Below the pieces are notes generated by a model, which was not told the origin of the DNA, did no database searches, and worked only from the letters and a program-made list of their open reading frames with translations. A stretch of 64,000 nucleotides of DNA. It comes from Candidatus Parcubacteria bacterium. GTDB lineage: Bacteria > Patescibacteriota > Minisyncoccia > Phycocordibacterales > JAKFXT01. This document shows positions 1-8,978 of this stretch, in pieces. Both the position numbers and the translations under genes were made by a program. The stretch covers positions 409,591 through 473,590 of the forward strand of contig JAIOOV010000004.1 in assembly GCA_021414235.1 (NCBI GenBank), given 5' to 3'. The stretch's first letter is position 1; every line of letters starts with the position of its first letter.

Positions 1-8
1 CGGAAGCA

Positions 9-194
9 CTAAAAGATATCCTGCACCTTGAATCCTCCAGCAAAGAGACCGATAGCGAGGCCTCCAACCAGGGGTATGACGATCGTTTTGGGGAAATACA
101 ACAGGAGGATACTGATCGCGGCGAAGACAAAAGCCCAAGTAATGAGGTTCATATCGGGTTGTTCTAAGGTTCCAGATGCTTGCGACCTATCCAT
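9..194 (-). CDS. small membrane protein, hypothetical
   Basis: 61-aa ORF with two hydrophobic segments; TGC-TATGAT -10 element 6 nt before the ATG (leaderless pattern). Confidence 0.55.
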   Translation of the reverse strand: MDRSQASGTLEQPDMNLITWAFVFAAISILLLYFPKTIVIPLVGGLAIGLFAGGFKVQDIF

Positions 195-264
195 GTGTAT
201 ATCATAGCATGTATTCCACTATGCAATACACGTAATACACATATACACTGTGGATATCTCCGCC

Positions 265-855
265 ATGACACGACCTGGAAACCAGAACAAGCTCTTTGAT
301 ACGGGACTCCAGCTCCCTACGGGCCTGGTGTATAGGCCTGATTTCATTACCCCAGAAGAAGAACTGGAAATCCTCTCTTACATTGAAGACCTGCCGCTCG
401 AAGAGGCGCAATACAAGGAATACACCGCCAAGCGACGACACTTCTCCCTCGGCTGGGGCTATGATTTCGATAATAAGAAATTCATTCCCGGCCCTCCCCT
501 TCCGCCCTTTCTCCGTCCTGTGCAGATTCGTATCGGCAAATGGCTCGATATAGATCCAAAGAGGATCGTAGAAGCCCTCATTAACGAATACTCTCCTGGC
601 TCTGCCCTCGGCTGGCATCGAGACAACGAAGGCTTTGAGCATGTCATCGGTCTCTCGCTTTCAGGCTGGGCACGCATGCGCTTCCGTCCCATCAAACGCC
701 GTGAGGAAAAGAAAGATCTGAAGGATGTGGTAGCTCTGGAGCTAGAGCCACGCTCCGTCTACGTGATGCAAAAAGATATCCGCTGGAACTGGCAGCATTC
801 TGTGGCCAAGACTAAAACGATGCGGTATTCGATTACTTTTCGGACGCTACCCTAA
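265..855 (+). CDS. AlkB-family 2OG-Fe(II) dioxygenase
   Basis: NEYSPGSALGWHRD (HxD), WQHSV and RYSITFR motifs; start could be GTG at 250. Confidence 0.85.
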   Translation: MTRPGNQNKLFDTGLQLPTGLVYRPDFITPEEELEILSYIEDLPLEEAQYKEYTAKRRHFSLGWGYDFDNKKFIPGPPLPPFLRPVQIRIGKWLDIDPKRIVEALINEYSPGSALGWHRDNEGFEHVIGLSLSGWARMRFRPIKRREEKKDLKDVVALELEPRSVYVMQKDIRWNWQHSVAKTKTMRYSITFRTLP

Positions 856-857
856 AT

Positions 858-1376
858 TTATTCGTGTTTTTCACCTTCATTAACTGGAGTTTCTTTCGAA
901 GCCAAGTCGATTTTTTGTAAAGATCTTTTTAGAATGCCTTCTTCGATAGTATCAATTGCTTCAATCATTTCGGTAAAACGCGTATCAGATAAAATCTTAT
1001 TACCTAATTTACAAGCTTCTTCGATTTCTAACTCAAATTTTTGAGAAAAAATCTGAGTTACCAAATCGTGCAGTATTTTATTTCTAATTACGCGATATGC
1101 GTGTAAATTTTTCTTTAAATCCTCATTCAAAACACCACTCTCAAAGAGAAAATCAATCAGACTGTATAAACTTTTTTGAGTGAAAGTGTCACGTATTTCT
1201 TGAGCAATCTTATCAAGCTCAGAGTTGGTATTTTGTTTGGTGATTCTAAAAACCTGAAAATCAACAATCATTTTAACTACTGCCTCCAGGTACGCACTTT
1301 GCAATAAAAAAGCTTCAAGAAATTGTTTTTTCAAAACAGAACCTTGGATATGATTCCTTAATTCTTGATTTTTCAT
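858..1376 (-). CDS. AT-rich hypothetical protein, HEPN-like (RNxxxH)
   Basis: Helical protein with AYLE near the N-terminus and RNKILH; much more AT-rich than its neighbours; ATGA overlap with the alaS stop. Confidence 0.55.
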   Translation of the reverse strand: MKNQELRNHIQGSVLKKQFLEAFLLQSAYLEAVVKMIVDFQVFRITKQNTNSELDKIAQEIRDTFTQKSLYSLIDFLFESGVLNEDLKKNLHAYRVIRNKILHDLVTQIFSQKFELEIEEACKLGNKILSDTRFTEMIEAIDTIEEGILKRSLQKIDLASKETPVNEGEKHE

Positions 1377-3244
1377 CGAGATTCGAGAACAGCCTTTATC
1401 CTCCTCACCCCAGCGCTCACCGCTTCTTCCTTAGAAATCTTAAACACACCCATCTCGCCAGTGCGCGTAACATGCGGCCCACCGCAGAACTCAAGGCTGA
1501 AAGGCTTACCATCCTTCCCCATCACGGTATATATAGAAACCGTATCGCCATACTTCTCGCCGAAGAGTCCGATAGCTCCACGATTACGTGCCTCTTCAAG
1601 CGACACTTCCTCACGAACAACTTCCAGATCCTCCTGGATCTTCTCATTCACCAAGGCTTCAACCTTAGCGATCTCCTCGGGAGTCATCTTCTGCGGATGC
1701 GCAAAGTCGAAGCGCAGGCGCTCAGGAGTGATGTTGCTGCCTTTCTGCTGGACGTTCTCACCCAAGACAGTGCGAAGTGCCTTGTGGAGGAGGTGCGTGG
1801 CAGTGTGGTACTTCACCTCGATATCGGAGTGCCCCGCAAGGCCCCCTTTAAACTTCTTCTCCGAGCCAGCACGCGAGAGATCTTGATGCTTCTTCATCTC
1901 CTCATTAAATCCAGCACGATCCACCTCTAGCCCCCTCTCCGCTGCGAGCTCCTCAGTCACTTCAATAGGAAAACCATAGCTCTGGTAGAGATTGAAAGCT
2001 TCCAGGCCTGAGACATGATCGCCCGTACGGCGAGAGAACTCCTTGAGCCCCTTCTGGAGGGTCTCACGGAACTTCTCCTCCTCTTTGCGAATCTCCTCTA
2101 CGATCGCAGCCCTGCGCTCGCCCAGCTCTTTGTAGTCAGCCGCATAGGTATCAATCACCCCTTCCGCAAACATATGAAAATTACCCTCTTGGACGCCAAG
2201 GATATCGGAGAAGCGGATAGCGCGGCGAAGGAGACGGCGGAGAACATACCCCTGGTCAGTGTTAGACGGGATCACCCCATCGCCGATGAGGAATACGGAG
2301 GCACGGAGGTGATCCATGACCACACGAAAGGCGCGAGTCATCTTCTCGTCCTTGCCATACTCTCTACCAGATACCCGCTCTATGGCCTCCCGAAGATTCT
2401 GGAAGAGATCCGTCTTGAATACATCCGGATCATCATTCAGCGCCGCAGCGATACGCTCCAAGCCTCCGCCGAAGTCCACATTGGGAGCAGGCAGCTTCTC
2501 GAAAGCACCATTCTTCTTCACATACTGCATGAACACGTTGTTACCGATCTCTAAGAAACGGCCGCAATCGCAGTTCACATGGCACGGCTCATCCTTCCAG
2601 ATGGATTCCTCGTGCAGCCCACGCTCAATGCCAAAGTCCCAGAACATCTCCGTGTCAGGTCCCCCTGGTTCCCCTTCCGGCATGTTCTCTGGTACACCTG
2701 CACGACTCCACCAGTTCTTCTTGTCGCCATAATAAAAGATGCGCGCTCCCTGCGTACCCTTAGTCTCGGCATCTTCTGCTATTTGTGCATCTACGCCCTT
2801 CTCAGAGAGAAGCTTGACCCACAGCCCGGCAGCTTCAGTATCACGAGGTATTCCAAGCGCTTCGTTCCCCGCGTGGCAGGTGAAGTAGAGACGCTTAGGA
2901 TCAAGACCAATCTCGGTCGTCAAAAACTCAAACATCCAAGGGATCTGTTCTTGTTTGAAATAGTCACCAAAGGACCAGTTACCGAGCATCTCGAAGAAAG
3001 TAGTATGGCGATTGTCCCCCACCTCCTCGATATCTTGCGCACGAAAAGACTTCTGGCTGTCGGCCACGCGCTTGCCCAGAGGGTGCGGCTGGCCCAGGAA
3101 GTACGGAAGCATCGGCTGCATGCCAGAACCCGTAAAGAGAGTCGTCGGGTCGTTCTCAGGAACGAGTGGGGCCGAAGGCACGATGGCGTGGCCCTTTGAT
3201 TTGAAAAACTCCAGGTATTTGCTCCGTATTTCGCTAGTGTTCAC
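1373..3244 (-). CDS. alaS: alanine--tRNA ligase (short form)
   Basis: DPTTLFTGSGM, HTTFFEMLGNWSFGDYFK, GYVLRRLLRRA, HTATHLLH and CGGPH motifs; GTG start at 3244, 7 nt after TAGCAT. Confidence 0.97.
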   Translation of the reverse strand: MNTSEIRSKYLEFFKSKGHAIVPSAPLVPENDPTTLFTGSGMQPMLPYFLGQPHPLGKRVADSQKSFRAQDIEEVGDNRHTTFFEMLGNWSFGDYFKQEQIPWMFEFLTTEIGLDPKRLYFTCHAGNEALGIPRDTEAAGLWVKLLSEKGVDAQIAEDAETKGTQGARIFYYGDKKNWWSRAGVPENMPEGEPGGPDTEMFWDFGIERGLHEESIWKDEPCHVNCDCGRFLEIGNNVFMQYVKKNGAFEKLPAPNVDFGGGLERIAAALNDDPDVFKTDLFQNLREAIERVSGREYGKDEKMTRAFRVVMDHLRASVFLIGDGVIPSNTDQGYVLRRLLRRAIRFSDILGVQEGNFHMFAEGVIDTYAADYKELGERRAAIVEEIRKEEEKFRETLQKGLKEFSRRTGDHVSGLEAFNLYQSYGFPIEVTEELAAERGLEVDRAGFNEEMKKHQDLSRAGSEKKFKGGLAGHSDIEVKYHTATHLLHKALRTVLGENVQQKGSNITPERLRFDFAHPQKMTPEEIAKVEALVNEKIQEDLEVVREEVSLEEARNRGAIGLFGEKYGDTVSIYTVMGKDGKPFSLEFCGGPHVTRTGEMGVFKISKEEAVSAGVRRIKAVLESR

Positions 3245-3282
3245 GCCCGTTATGCTAGCAGAATAAAGGCTTTTTGAGTAGT

Positions 3283-3320
3283 AAAAAGAAAAGCCTACGG
3301 CCCCGGAGGGCTTTCGGCTT
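3283..3320 (-). terminator. intrinsic terminator after the alpha-CTD gene
   Basis: AAGCC...GGCTT stem followed by TTCTTTTT on the minus strand. Confidence 0.55.
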
Positions 3321-3329
3321 CTCATTCGG

Positions 3330-3692
3330 TTATTGCGGAATCGGTTCGCCTCGCCGGCGTCCGCGCTTGAGAAGTGCAGCATCAAGGTCACCCATGACCT
3401 TCTTTCCGAAATTGGGCACCCTGAGCAGCTCTTGCTCGGTCTTCGCCAGAACATCTCGAATGGTCCTGATCTCGCTGTTCAGGAGAGGATTTAGCACCCT
3501 CGCCGGCAAATGAAGCGCATCAAGAGACTCATCGAGGCCGATAGTGGCCTCAGCAGTACCCTTCATCAGGGCAAGAAACGCGGCGAGTTCCTCAGGGGTC
3601 AGCTTTTCCCGGAGAAACGAAGCCGCGACACACGAACGACACGGCGCGAGAGGAACACACCTCTCTTCGTGGTCTATCAAGAACATCTTCAT
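3330..3692 (-). CDS. stand-alone RNA polymerase alpha-CTD domain protein with N-terminal HxxxCx5CxxC motif
   Basis: SLDALHLPARVLNPLLNSEIRTIRDVLAKTEQELLRVPNFGKK matches the RpoA C-terminal domain pattern; no alpha-NTD. Confidence 0.8.
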   Translation of the reverse strand: MKMFLIDHEERCVPLAPCRSCVAASFLREKLTPEELAAFLALMKGTAEATIGLDESLDALHLPARVLNPLLNSEIRTIRDVLAKTEQELLRVPNFGKKVMGDLDAALLKRGRRRGEPIPQ

Positions 3693-3770
3693 CTTCAGCA
3701 CCTTCCCGTTCGGAACTAGATACCCGTACTTTTTGCCATTACCTAGACACAAAGTCAATAGGTATGAATA

Positions 3771-4370
3771 TTATCTATCCTTGTTAAAACGACTCACGAA
3801 CAAGAAAGTAGTCAGATTCTTTTTCTTATCCTGCAGGTTCTCCCGGAGGATATCGAGTCCATAGATCTCCCCTGCAGTGCGCGAAGCGATGACTGCAGTA
3901 CCTAGGGGTAGCTTGCCCTTGGCGAGCGCGCTTGCGGCGGTAGCCTGATCTACCAGGATACCGTCGCCAGAGACAGTCTTCGCCTTTGGATAGAGCTTGG
4001 TGACAGTCTTCTTGGTCTGCGCGAGCGCCTGAGGGTGGGACATGATGATCTTTATATCCTTCTCCTTCGTCCCCGGCTTCGCCAAGAGACAATGCCGCAC
4101 CGGCAGCTTATAGCTATCCAAAATCTTGCAGTTGAACTCAGAGAGCGCATTGACCGTCTCCCAGACCGTGCCGCCGATGGAGTTCTCGATAGCAAAGATC
4201 CCGCGATCAATCTTCTTCTCATGGAGTGCCTCGAGTACTCTCCTCGTTGTATAGAGATATTTTATGCGGAACTTAGTAATCCCCTTCTCTTTCGTATAGA
4301 GACGGATGGCTTCCTCATTGAAGCTCCCCTCTCCTCCTTGGATACCGATGACGAGCGTGTCAGATGCCAT
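3771..4370 (-). CDS. prephenate dehydratase domain protein (no ACT domain)
   Basis: QGGEGSFNEEA, IENSIGG and SHPQALAQ motifs; N-x-TTF where TRF is typical. Confidence 0.8.
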   Translation of the reverse strand: MASDTLVIGIQGGEGSFNEEAIRLYTKEKGITKFRIKYLYTTRRVLEALHEKKIDRGIFAIENSIGGTVWETVNALSEFNCKILDSYKLPVRHCLLAKPGTKEKDIKIIMSHPQALAQTKKTVTKLYPKAKTVSGDGILVDQATAASALAKGKLPLGTAVIASRTAGEIYGLDILRENLQDKKKNLTTFLFVSRFNKDR

Positions 4371-6155
4371 TTATTTCTCCCCCGTAATCTCCGGTAAGAG
4401 TTTCTCGAACTCATCGATATCCGCCTTAATACTCTTCAGTCCCTCCTCGAAGACTCCAATATCGAGGGTATTGAGGCCAATATCCTTGAAGATCTGCTCC
4501 GGCTTCTTGCTTCCTCCTGCCGTGAGGAACTGATCAATCTTCTTGATGTAGGCAGGATCTTTCTTGTAGCGGCTGACGAGCGCCTTGCTGATGAGCTGGC
4601 CATAGGCGTAGGAGTAGACGTAGAAGGGTCTGCGGAAATGCATCACCGCTACGAAGAAGTAGCCGTCGCTCTCGGAGAGCTTGAAGCCCTTACCCAAGTA
4701 CGACTGCATATGCTTGTTGAGGAGCGCGGCGATGCTGTCCTTGTCCAAGAAGCCTTCTTTGCGCACTCTCTGGTGGAACTCGAGCTCGAAGTTGAAGAAG
4801 GCGATCTGGCGGAAGATGGTCTGGATGTCGTCCTGAATCTTGTCATGGAGCGCGATGGCGCGATCCCGCCCAGAGAGCTTCTTGAAGATGGAGTCGAACA
4901 CCAACGCTTCAAAGAGCGTGCTGGCGGTCTCGGCTACAGAAGTGGAATAGTCCTGATACAGCACAGGCTGCGCTTTGCTCTTCTCCGTATGTATTGCATG
5001 CCCCATCTCATGCGCCAGGGTCATGGTGGAGTTGAGATTGTCCACGTGGTTGAGCAGCACCATGGTAGGCATATTGGTATTACCGGAGCAGTAAGCTCCG
5101 CCTGCCTTGCCCTTCTTGGGAAAGACATCAATCTGCCCGCTCTTTAGGAAGCGATCGAGAATAGAACCGTAGGATTCATCCAATCCGTAGAAAACATCAC
5201 GCACGGTTGTGAGGCCCTCTTCAAACGGAATCTTTTCATCAGTTTTTCCTATGGAAACGGCCCTATCCGCATATTCCATATGCGGAAGTCCGAGTGCCTT
5301 CTGCTTAAGTGCGTGGAAGCGCTGGCTGAGCGGGAAGCCCTTGCTCACCGCCTTCACTAGATTAAGGATGGCGCGCTCATCATTCTCATAGCCGATGATG
5401 GTAGCTGAGTACGGTTCCTTGTATCCCCGCAGCTCATCACTCACCTTCTTGTTTTCCGCGACCGCGTTCATCTCCCCCTCTGCAAAATCTCCCACCCCGC
5501 GGAGCGCCTCTGTGACCATGCGTCCGAGCGCGCGACGGTCTTCCGTAGGCAGCATGGAAATCTTGTTCATGGCTCCCGCAAGAGGCATCTCCTCGCCCTT
5601 GAAATTGATGGTGAGCTTGCGCTGCGCCTTCTCCACGCCATCCACCCAGAGTTCGGAAGAAGCTTTGCGCTTGAGGCTGAGGATCTTCTCCTCCGGTTCA
5701 GAGAGATTGTACTTGGCCGTCTCAAAGGTACTTTCGAGGAAATAGCGGTAGGGAGCGAAGCGAGGACTCTTCAAAAGTTTCTTCTGGAAGGCTTTATCAA
5801 TCTTCCCCAAAGAGAGTCCGAAGAAGATGACTTCGTTCCCTGCCTTGGTGAAGCGGTCAGAGAGACGGTTAATGAGGGCTTCGGCTTCACGATTCTCGGA
5901 ATCAAGTTCCCTTACAAAATTGACGTACATGAGGGCCTTTGCGGGAATAGCCTCGAGCGTCTCCAGGTCCTTAAGTGCAGAAAGTAGCTTGCCTTCATTC
6001 TTGAGATAATCCGACTTTCCTTTATATTTCTTAGCGAAAGCAAGTATTGCCTTCTCAAGCGCCCGCGTATCCTTCTCTATTTTCGGATCCTTGAGCGAGG
6101 AGTAGTCGTAGGTCTTGAGATCCCAGCCGGTTTGATAGTTCTTGAGAGGAGGCAT
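4371..6155 (-). CDS. pepF: M3B oligoendopeptidase F
   Basis: KGKAGGAYC, TLAHEMGHAIH, AETAS and HFRRPFYVYSYAYG motifs. Confidence 0.92.
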   Translation of the reverse strand: MPPLKNYQTGWDLKTYDYSSLKDPKIEKDTRALEKAILAFAKKYKGKSDYLKNEGKLLSALKDLETLEAIPAKALMYVNFVRELDSENREAEALINRLSDRFTKAGNEVIFFGLSLGKIDKAFQKKLLKSPRFAPYRYFLESTFETAKYNLSEPEEKILSLKRKASSELWVDGVEKAQRKLTINFKGEEMPLAGAMNKISMLPTEDRRALGRMVTEALRGVGDFAEGEMNAVAENKKVSDELRGYKEPYSATIIGYENDERAILNLVKAVSKGFPLSQRFHALKQKALGLPHMEYADRAVSIGKTDEKIPFEEGLTTVRDVFYGLDESYGSILDRFLKSGQIDVFPKKGKAGGAYCSGNTNMPTMVLLNHVDNLNSTMTLAHEMGHAIHTEKSKAQPVLYQDYSTSVAETASTLFEALVFDSIFKKLSGRDRAIALHDKIQDDIQTIFRQIAFFNFELEFHQRVRKEGFLDKDSIAALLNKHMQSYLGKGFKLSESDGYFFVAVMHFRRPFYVYSYAYGQLISKALVSRYKKDPAYIKKIDQFLTAGGSKKPEQIFKDIGLNTLDIGVFEEGLKSIKADIDEFEKLLPEITGEK

Positions 6156-6171
6156 GTGAGTACAGGATTAA

Positions 6172-6594
6172 TTACTTGAAAGCGATGAGGACAGCTCCAG
6201 CGGTAATGAGGAGGGCTCCGAGGGCTGTTTTTACCGTGAGCGCCTCCCCCAGGAAGAGCGCTGCGAAGATTATCACCAATACGATGCTGAGGCGATCGAT
6301 GGCGGAGACGCCGCTTGCCGTACCGCTCTGAAGCGCCAGGAAATAAAATATCCAGGAGAGCGCGCCCGCAATAGCTGAGAGCACGATGAAGCCAAACACC
6401 TTGGAGCCGAGGAATTCTCCCGTGAGCTTAGAGAACGATCCTGCGAAGAAGGCTACTGGAAGCAAAAAGAGCGTCATCACCACCGCCCGCAATGTAGTAG
6501 CGAGGGTTGAATCCACCCCCTTCACCCCGATCTTGCCGAAGATGGCGGTAGCCGCCGCGAGGACTGCCGAGAGAAACGCATAAAGCATCCACAT
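6172..6594 (-). CDS. EamA/DMT family transporter
   Basis: 140 aa, about 5 TM segments; KIGVKGVDSTLAT and LFLGEALT. Confidence 0.88.
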   Translation of the reverse strand: MWMLYAFLSAVLAAATAIFGKIGVKGVDSTLATTLRAVVMTLFLLPVAFFAGSFSKLTGEFLGSKVFGFIVLSAIAGALSWIFYFLALQSGTASGVSAIDRLSIVLVIIFAALFLGEALTVKTALGALLITAGAVLIAFK

Positions 6595-6604
6595 AGGTTT
6601 GTTG

Positions 6605-7177
6605 TTAGCAATTAAACACCTCCTTGCCGCGCTTTACCATTTCCTGGTATTCCGCGACGATCGGGCTCTCCAGACGACGCTCCAGCACCCCGAGAACTTC
6701 CCGATAGAACCACATCTGCTCCTCGATAGGTACGCGGAAGTTCTGCCAGATGGCCTCGCCATGGATATCGAAATCACTGATGGTGGTAGAGAGGTTGTGG
6801 ATCTTGTCCGCCGCAGCGATCATGAGCCCCTCCGCACTCGCCTGCTCCAGGCCCTCCACATACGCACGCTTCCTGTCCTTCCAAGAGATCGGGGAACCAT
6901 CCCTCTCCTTCTCTTCGGTGACCTCAACCACCATCATCGCCACCCGTGAACCGAAATCGGCCTCAAGCGCCTCACGAGTATAGCCGGTGTCCTCGAGCGA
7001 ATCATGCAGGAGTCCGCCGATGACCACATCCTCGTCCTTGGCATGATTAGAGAGAAGCGCCGCCACCGAGAAGAGATGGCTCACATAGGGAATATCCCGC
7101 TTCGCCCGGCGCTTCTGTCCGTCATGGAGAAGGCAGGCGGCCCTGATGGCTTGTTCGATGCGCGGAGTAAGGTACAT
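6605..7177 (-). CDS. HD-domain small alarmone hydrolase (Mesh1/SpoT-HD-like)
   Basis: HDGQKR..PYVSH, LHDSLEDT and ADKIHN motifs. Confidence 0.88.
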   Translation of the reverse strand: MYLTPRIEQAIRAACLLHDGQKRRAKRDIPYVSHLFSVAALLSNHAKDEDVVIGGLLHDSLEDTGYTREALEADFGSRVAMMVVEVTEEKERDGSPISWKDRKRAYVEGLEQASAEGLMIAAADKIHNLSTTISDFDIHGEAIWQNFRVPIEEQMWFYREVLGVLERRLESPIVAEYQEMVKRGKEVFNC

Positions 7178-7179
7178 GG

Positions 7180-7782
7180 TTAATTTACGTGAAAAGGGAT
7201 ATGAGCGAAATCTTTAAGAAGGGTTTCTTTCAAGGCAGGATTATAAATGGCGGAAGCCGGATGGTACAGTGGAAAGATAGTAATCTCTCCGTACGAAGTC
7301 CTTGCAGGAAGAGCCTGCCCATGGAGCGCGCCGATAGTGTCGAGGCGATCCTCAAGCCCCAGCTTCTGCATGACGTAGACCATCGAGTAGCGCCCGAGAG
7401 TGGCGATCACCTTCGGCTGTATGATCTCGATCTGCCGATCAAGGAACGGTCCGTAGCTCGCGATCTCTTCCGGCAGCGGATCGCGGTTCTGAGGCGGGCG
7501 ATCCTTCACGATATTGGTGATATAGATGTCCTCGCGCGGGATATGCACGGAAGCTAAGAGCTCGTCGAGGATCTTGCCCGCGGCCCCGCAGAAGGGGCGG
7601 CCGGTCTTAGCTTCATTCCTCCCTGGAGCCTCCCCTACAAACATGATCTCTGCATCACAGCTTCCCTCACCGATCACCGGCAGATACTTGTTCTCCGTGC
7701 GATATGCGTAAAGCGGAGAGGAAGTAAGCGCCAGCACCTCTCCCTCTATCTGCCGCATCTTCTCTTTCTTCCCCTCGTTCAT
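7180..7782 (-). CDS. uracil-DNA glycosylase, family 4 type
   Basis: VGEAPGRNEAKTGRPFCG, RPPQNRDP and YHPAS motifs. Confidence 0.93.
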   Translation of the reverse strand: MNEGKKEKMRQIEGEVLALTSSPLYAYRTENKYLPVIGEGSCDAEIMFVGEAPGRNEAKTGRPFCGAAGKILDELLASVHIPREDIYITNIVKDRPPQNRDPLPEEIASYGPFLDRQIEIIQPKVIATLGRYSMVYVMQKLGLEDRLDTIGALHGQALPARTSYGEITIFPLYHPASAIYNPALKETLLKDFAHIPFHVN

Positions 7783-8060
7783 ATCTTGACCCCTTCCGCC
7801 CGAAGCTTCGCTACCTTGCGTTCAATACCTCCATTGTAGCCGCCCAGCTTGCCATCTGAACGGAGTACCCGATGGCATGGCACCTTAGGATCCTGATTGC
7901 GACTCATGACGGTACCCACCGCACGCGAGGCCCCCGGATTCCCCGCCTTCGCCGCTACCTCCTTGTAGGTCATGGTCTTTCCTTTGGGGATATCTTTGAC
8001 CACCGCGCGCACACGCTCAGCAAAGGATTTTATCTTAAACTCCGTGAGTCTTGATTTCAT
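7779..8060 (-). CDS. methylated-DNA--protein-cysteine methyltransferase (MGMT family, single domain)
   Basis: IPKGKTMTY, RAVG and PCHRV active site. Confidence 0.92.
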   Translation of the reverse strand: MKSRLTEFKIKSFAERVRAVVKDIPKGKTMTYKEVAAKAGNPGASRAVGTVMSRNQDPKVPCHRVLRSDGKLGGYNGGIERKVAKLRAEGVKI

Positions 8061-8061
8061 A

Positions 8062-8838
8062 TTATTTCCTTACGAGAGCCTGCAGCTTCTTCCCCGCCGC
8101 TTCTCGATATGGACAATACTCGCAGGCATTACCCACCTTGGGTAATTTATCGCTCTCAAGGCAGGCCTTGATCTCGGGCAGGACCTTGTCGATCCACTCC
8201 GTCTCTCCTTCACACGGAATCACCGTTATCTCAAACTCAAGCTGCGCATCGAAAGCCGCCTTGTCCTTGCTCGCATTCGCGTACACGAAATACCCCGTCT
8301 TGGAGACTGGATATCCATTCTTACTCAAAAGCCACTGATATACGCCCATCTGCCGCTGGTACTGGGCTTCCCAGGCGGAATCAGCCAGCGTCTCGATCTT
8401 GCCGTCCTTGGACGTAGCCTTGTAATCGACAACAATGAGTTCACCCTCTGGGTTCTGCCAGACATCGTCCACTGCTCCGGAAATGACGAAACCGGTCTCC
8501 TTGTCGCGATATTCCACTCCCTTGAAATTCTCCCTCCAGACATCCATCTTCGGATCTGCAAAGGGTATGGCATCCACCCCATACGCCTTCATGAGCGGGT
8601 GCGTAGAGCCATTCGCTCGATGTACGTCGAATTCCTTCTTGAGGAGCGCGTCGACGGCAATGTTTAGAGTAAAAGACGGTCCGCGGGGACGCCCGGTGCC
8701 GAGCTTGTTATCTAAATAGAAACAACGCGGGCATTCTATGAAAAGGTCGATCTTGGAGCGGGACAGGCGCCACTTGGGACCACCGTAATTCCAATCCGGA
8801 CTTCGGTTGGGATTGTACATCTTTCGCTCATCGCTCAT
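8062..8838 (-). CDS. PD-(D/E)XK RecB/Cas4-like nuclease
   Basis: LSRSKIDLFIECPRCFY, GAVDD..VVDYKAT, QMGVY and C-terminal CEYC. Confidence 0.85.
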   Translation of the reverse strand: MSDERKMYNPNRSPDWNYGGPKWRLSRSKIDLFIECPRCFYLDNKLGTGRPRGPSFTLNIAVDALLKKEFDVHRANGSTHPLMKAYGVDAIPFADPKMDVWRENFKGVEYRDKETGFVISGAVDDVWQNPEGELIVVDYKATSKDGKIETLADSAWEAQYQRQMGVYQWLLSKNGYPVSKTGYFVYANASKDKAAFDAQLEFEITVIPCEGETEWIDKVLPEIKACLESDKLPKVGNACEYCPYREAAGKKLQALVRK

Positions 8839-8869
8839 CTGCTCACTATATCACTTTGCTTCGAGACAA

Positions 8870-8972
8870 AGAAAAAACCCGAGCGCGGTTGGCGCTCGGG
8901 AGGAATAAGTCTGCGTGCAGGACGTGGCCCATGGCGTAACCACATCAAACGCAGGTACAGACGTTCCTAAGT
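8870..8972 (-). ncRNA. candidate ~100-nt small RNA
   Basis: Own promoter TAGACA-N17-TATAGT, long imperfect hairpin, then terminator CCCGAGCGC/GCGCTCGGG-U6; no credible ORF. Confidence 0.55.
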
Positions 8973-8978
8973 TCTTCT

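Noticed and set aside
3245-3454. N-terminal extensions of listed ORFs (alaS to 3454, uvrC to 43217, atpB to 34807, ORF 21371 to 22168, FAD oxidoreductase to 55784)
   Set aside because: They overlap other genes, tRNAs or terminators; homology and promoter spacing point to the downstream starts
8062-8838. Cas4-like nuclease as evidence of a CRISPR system
   Set aside because: No repeat-spacer array or other cas genes in the window
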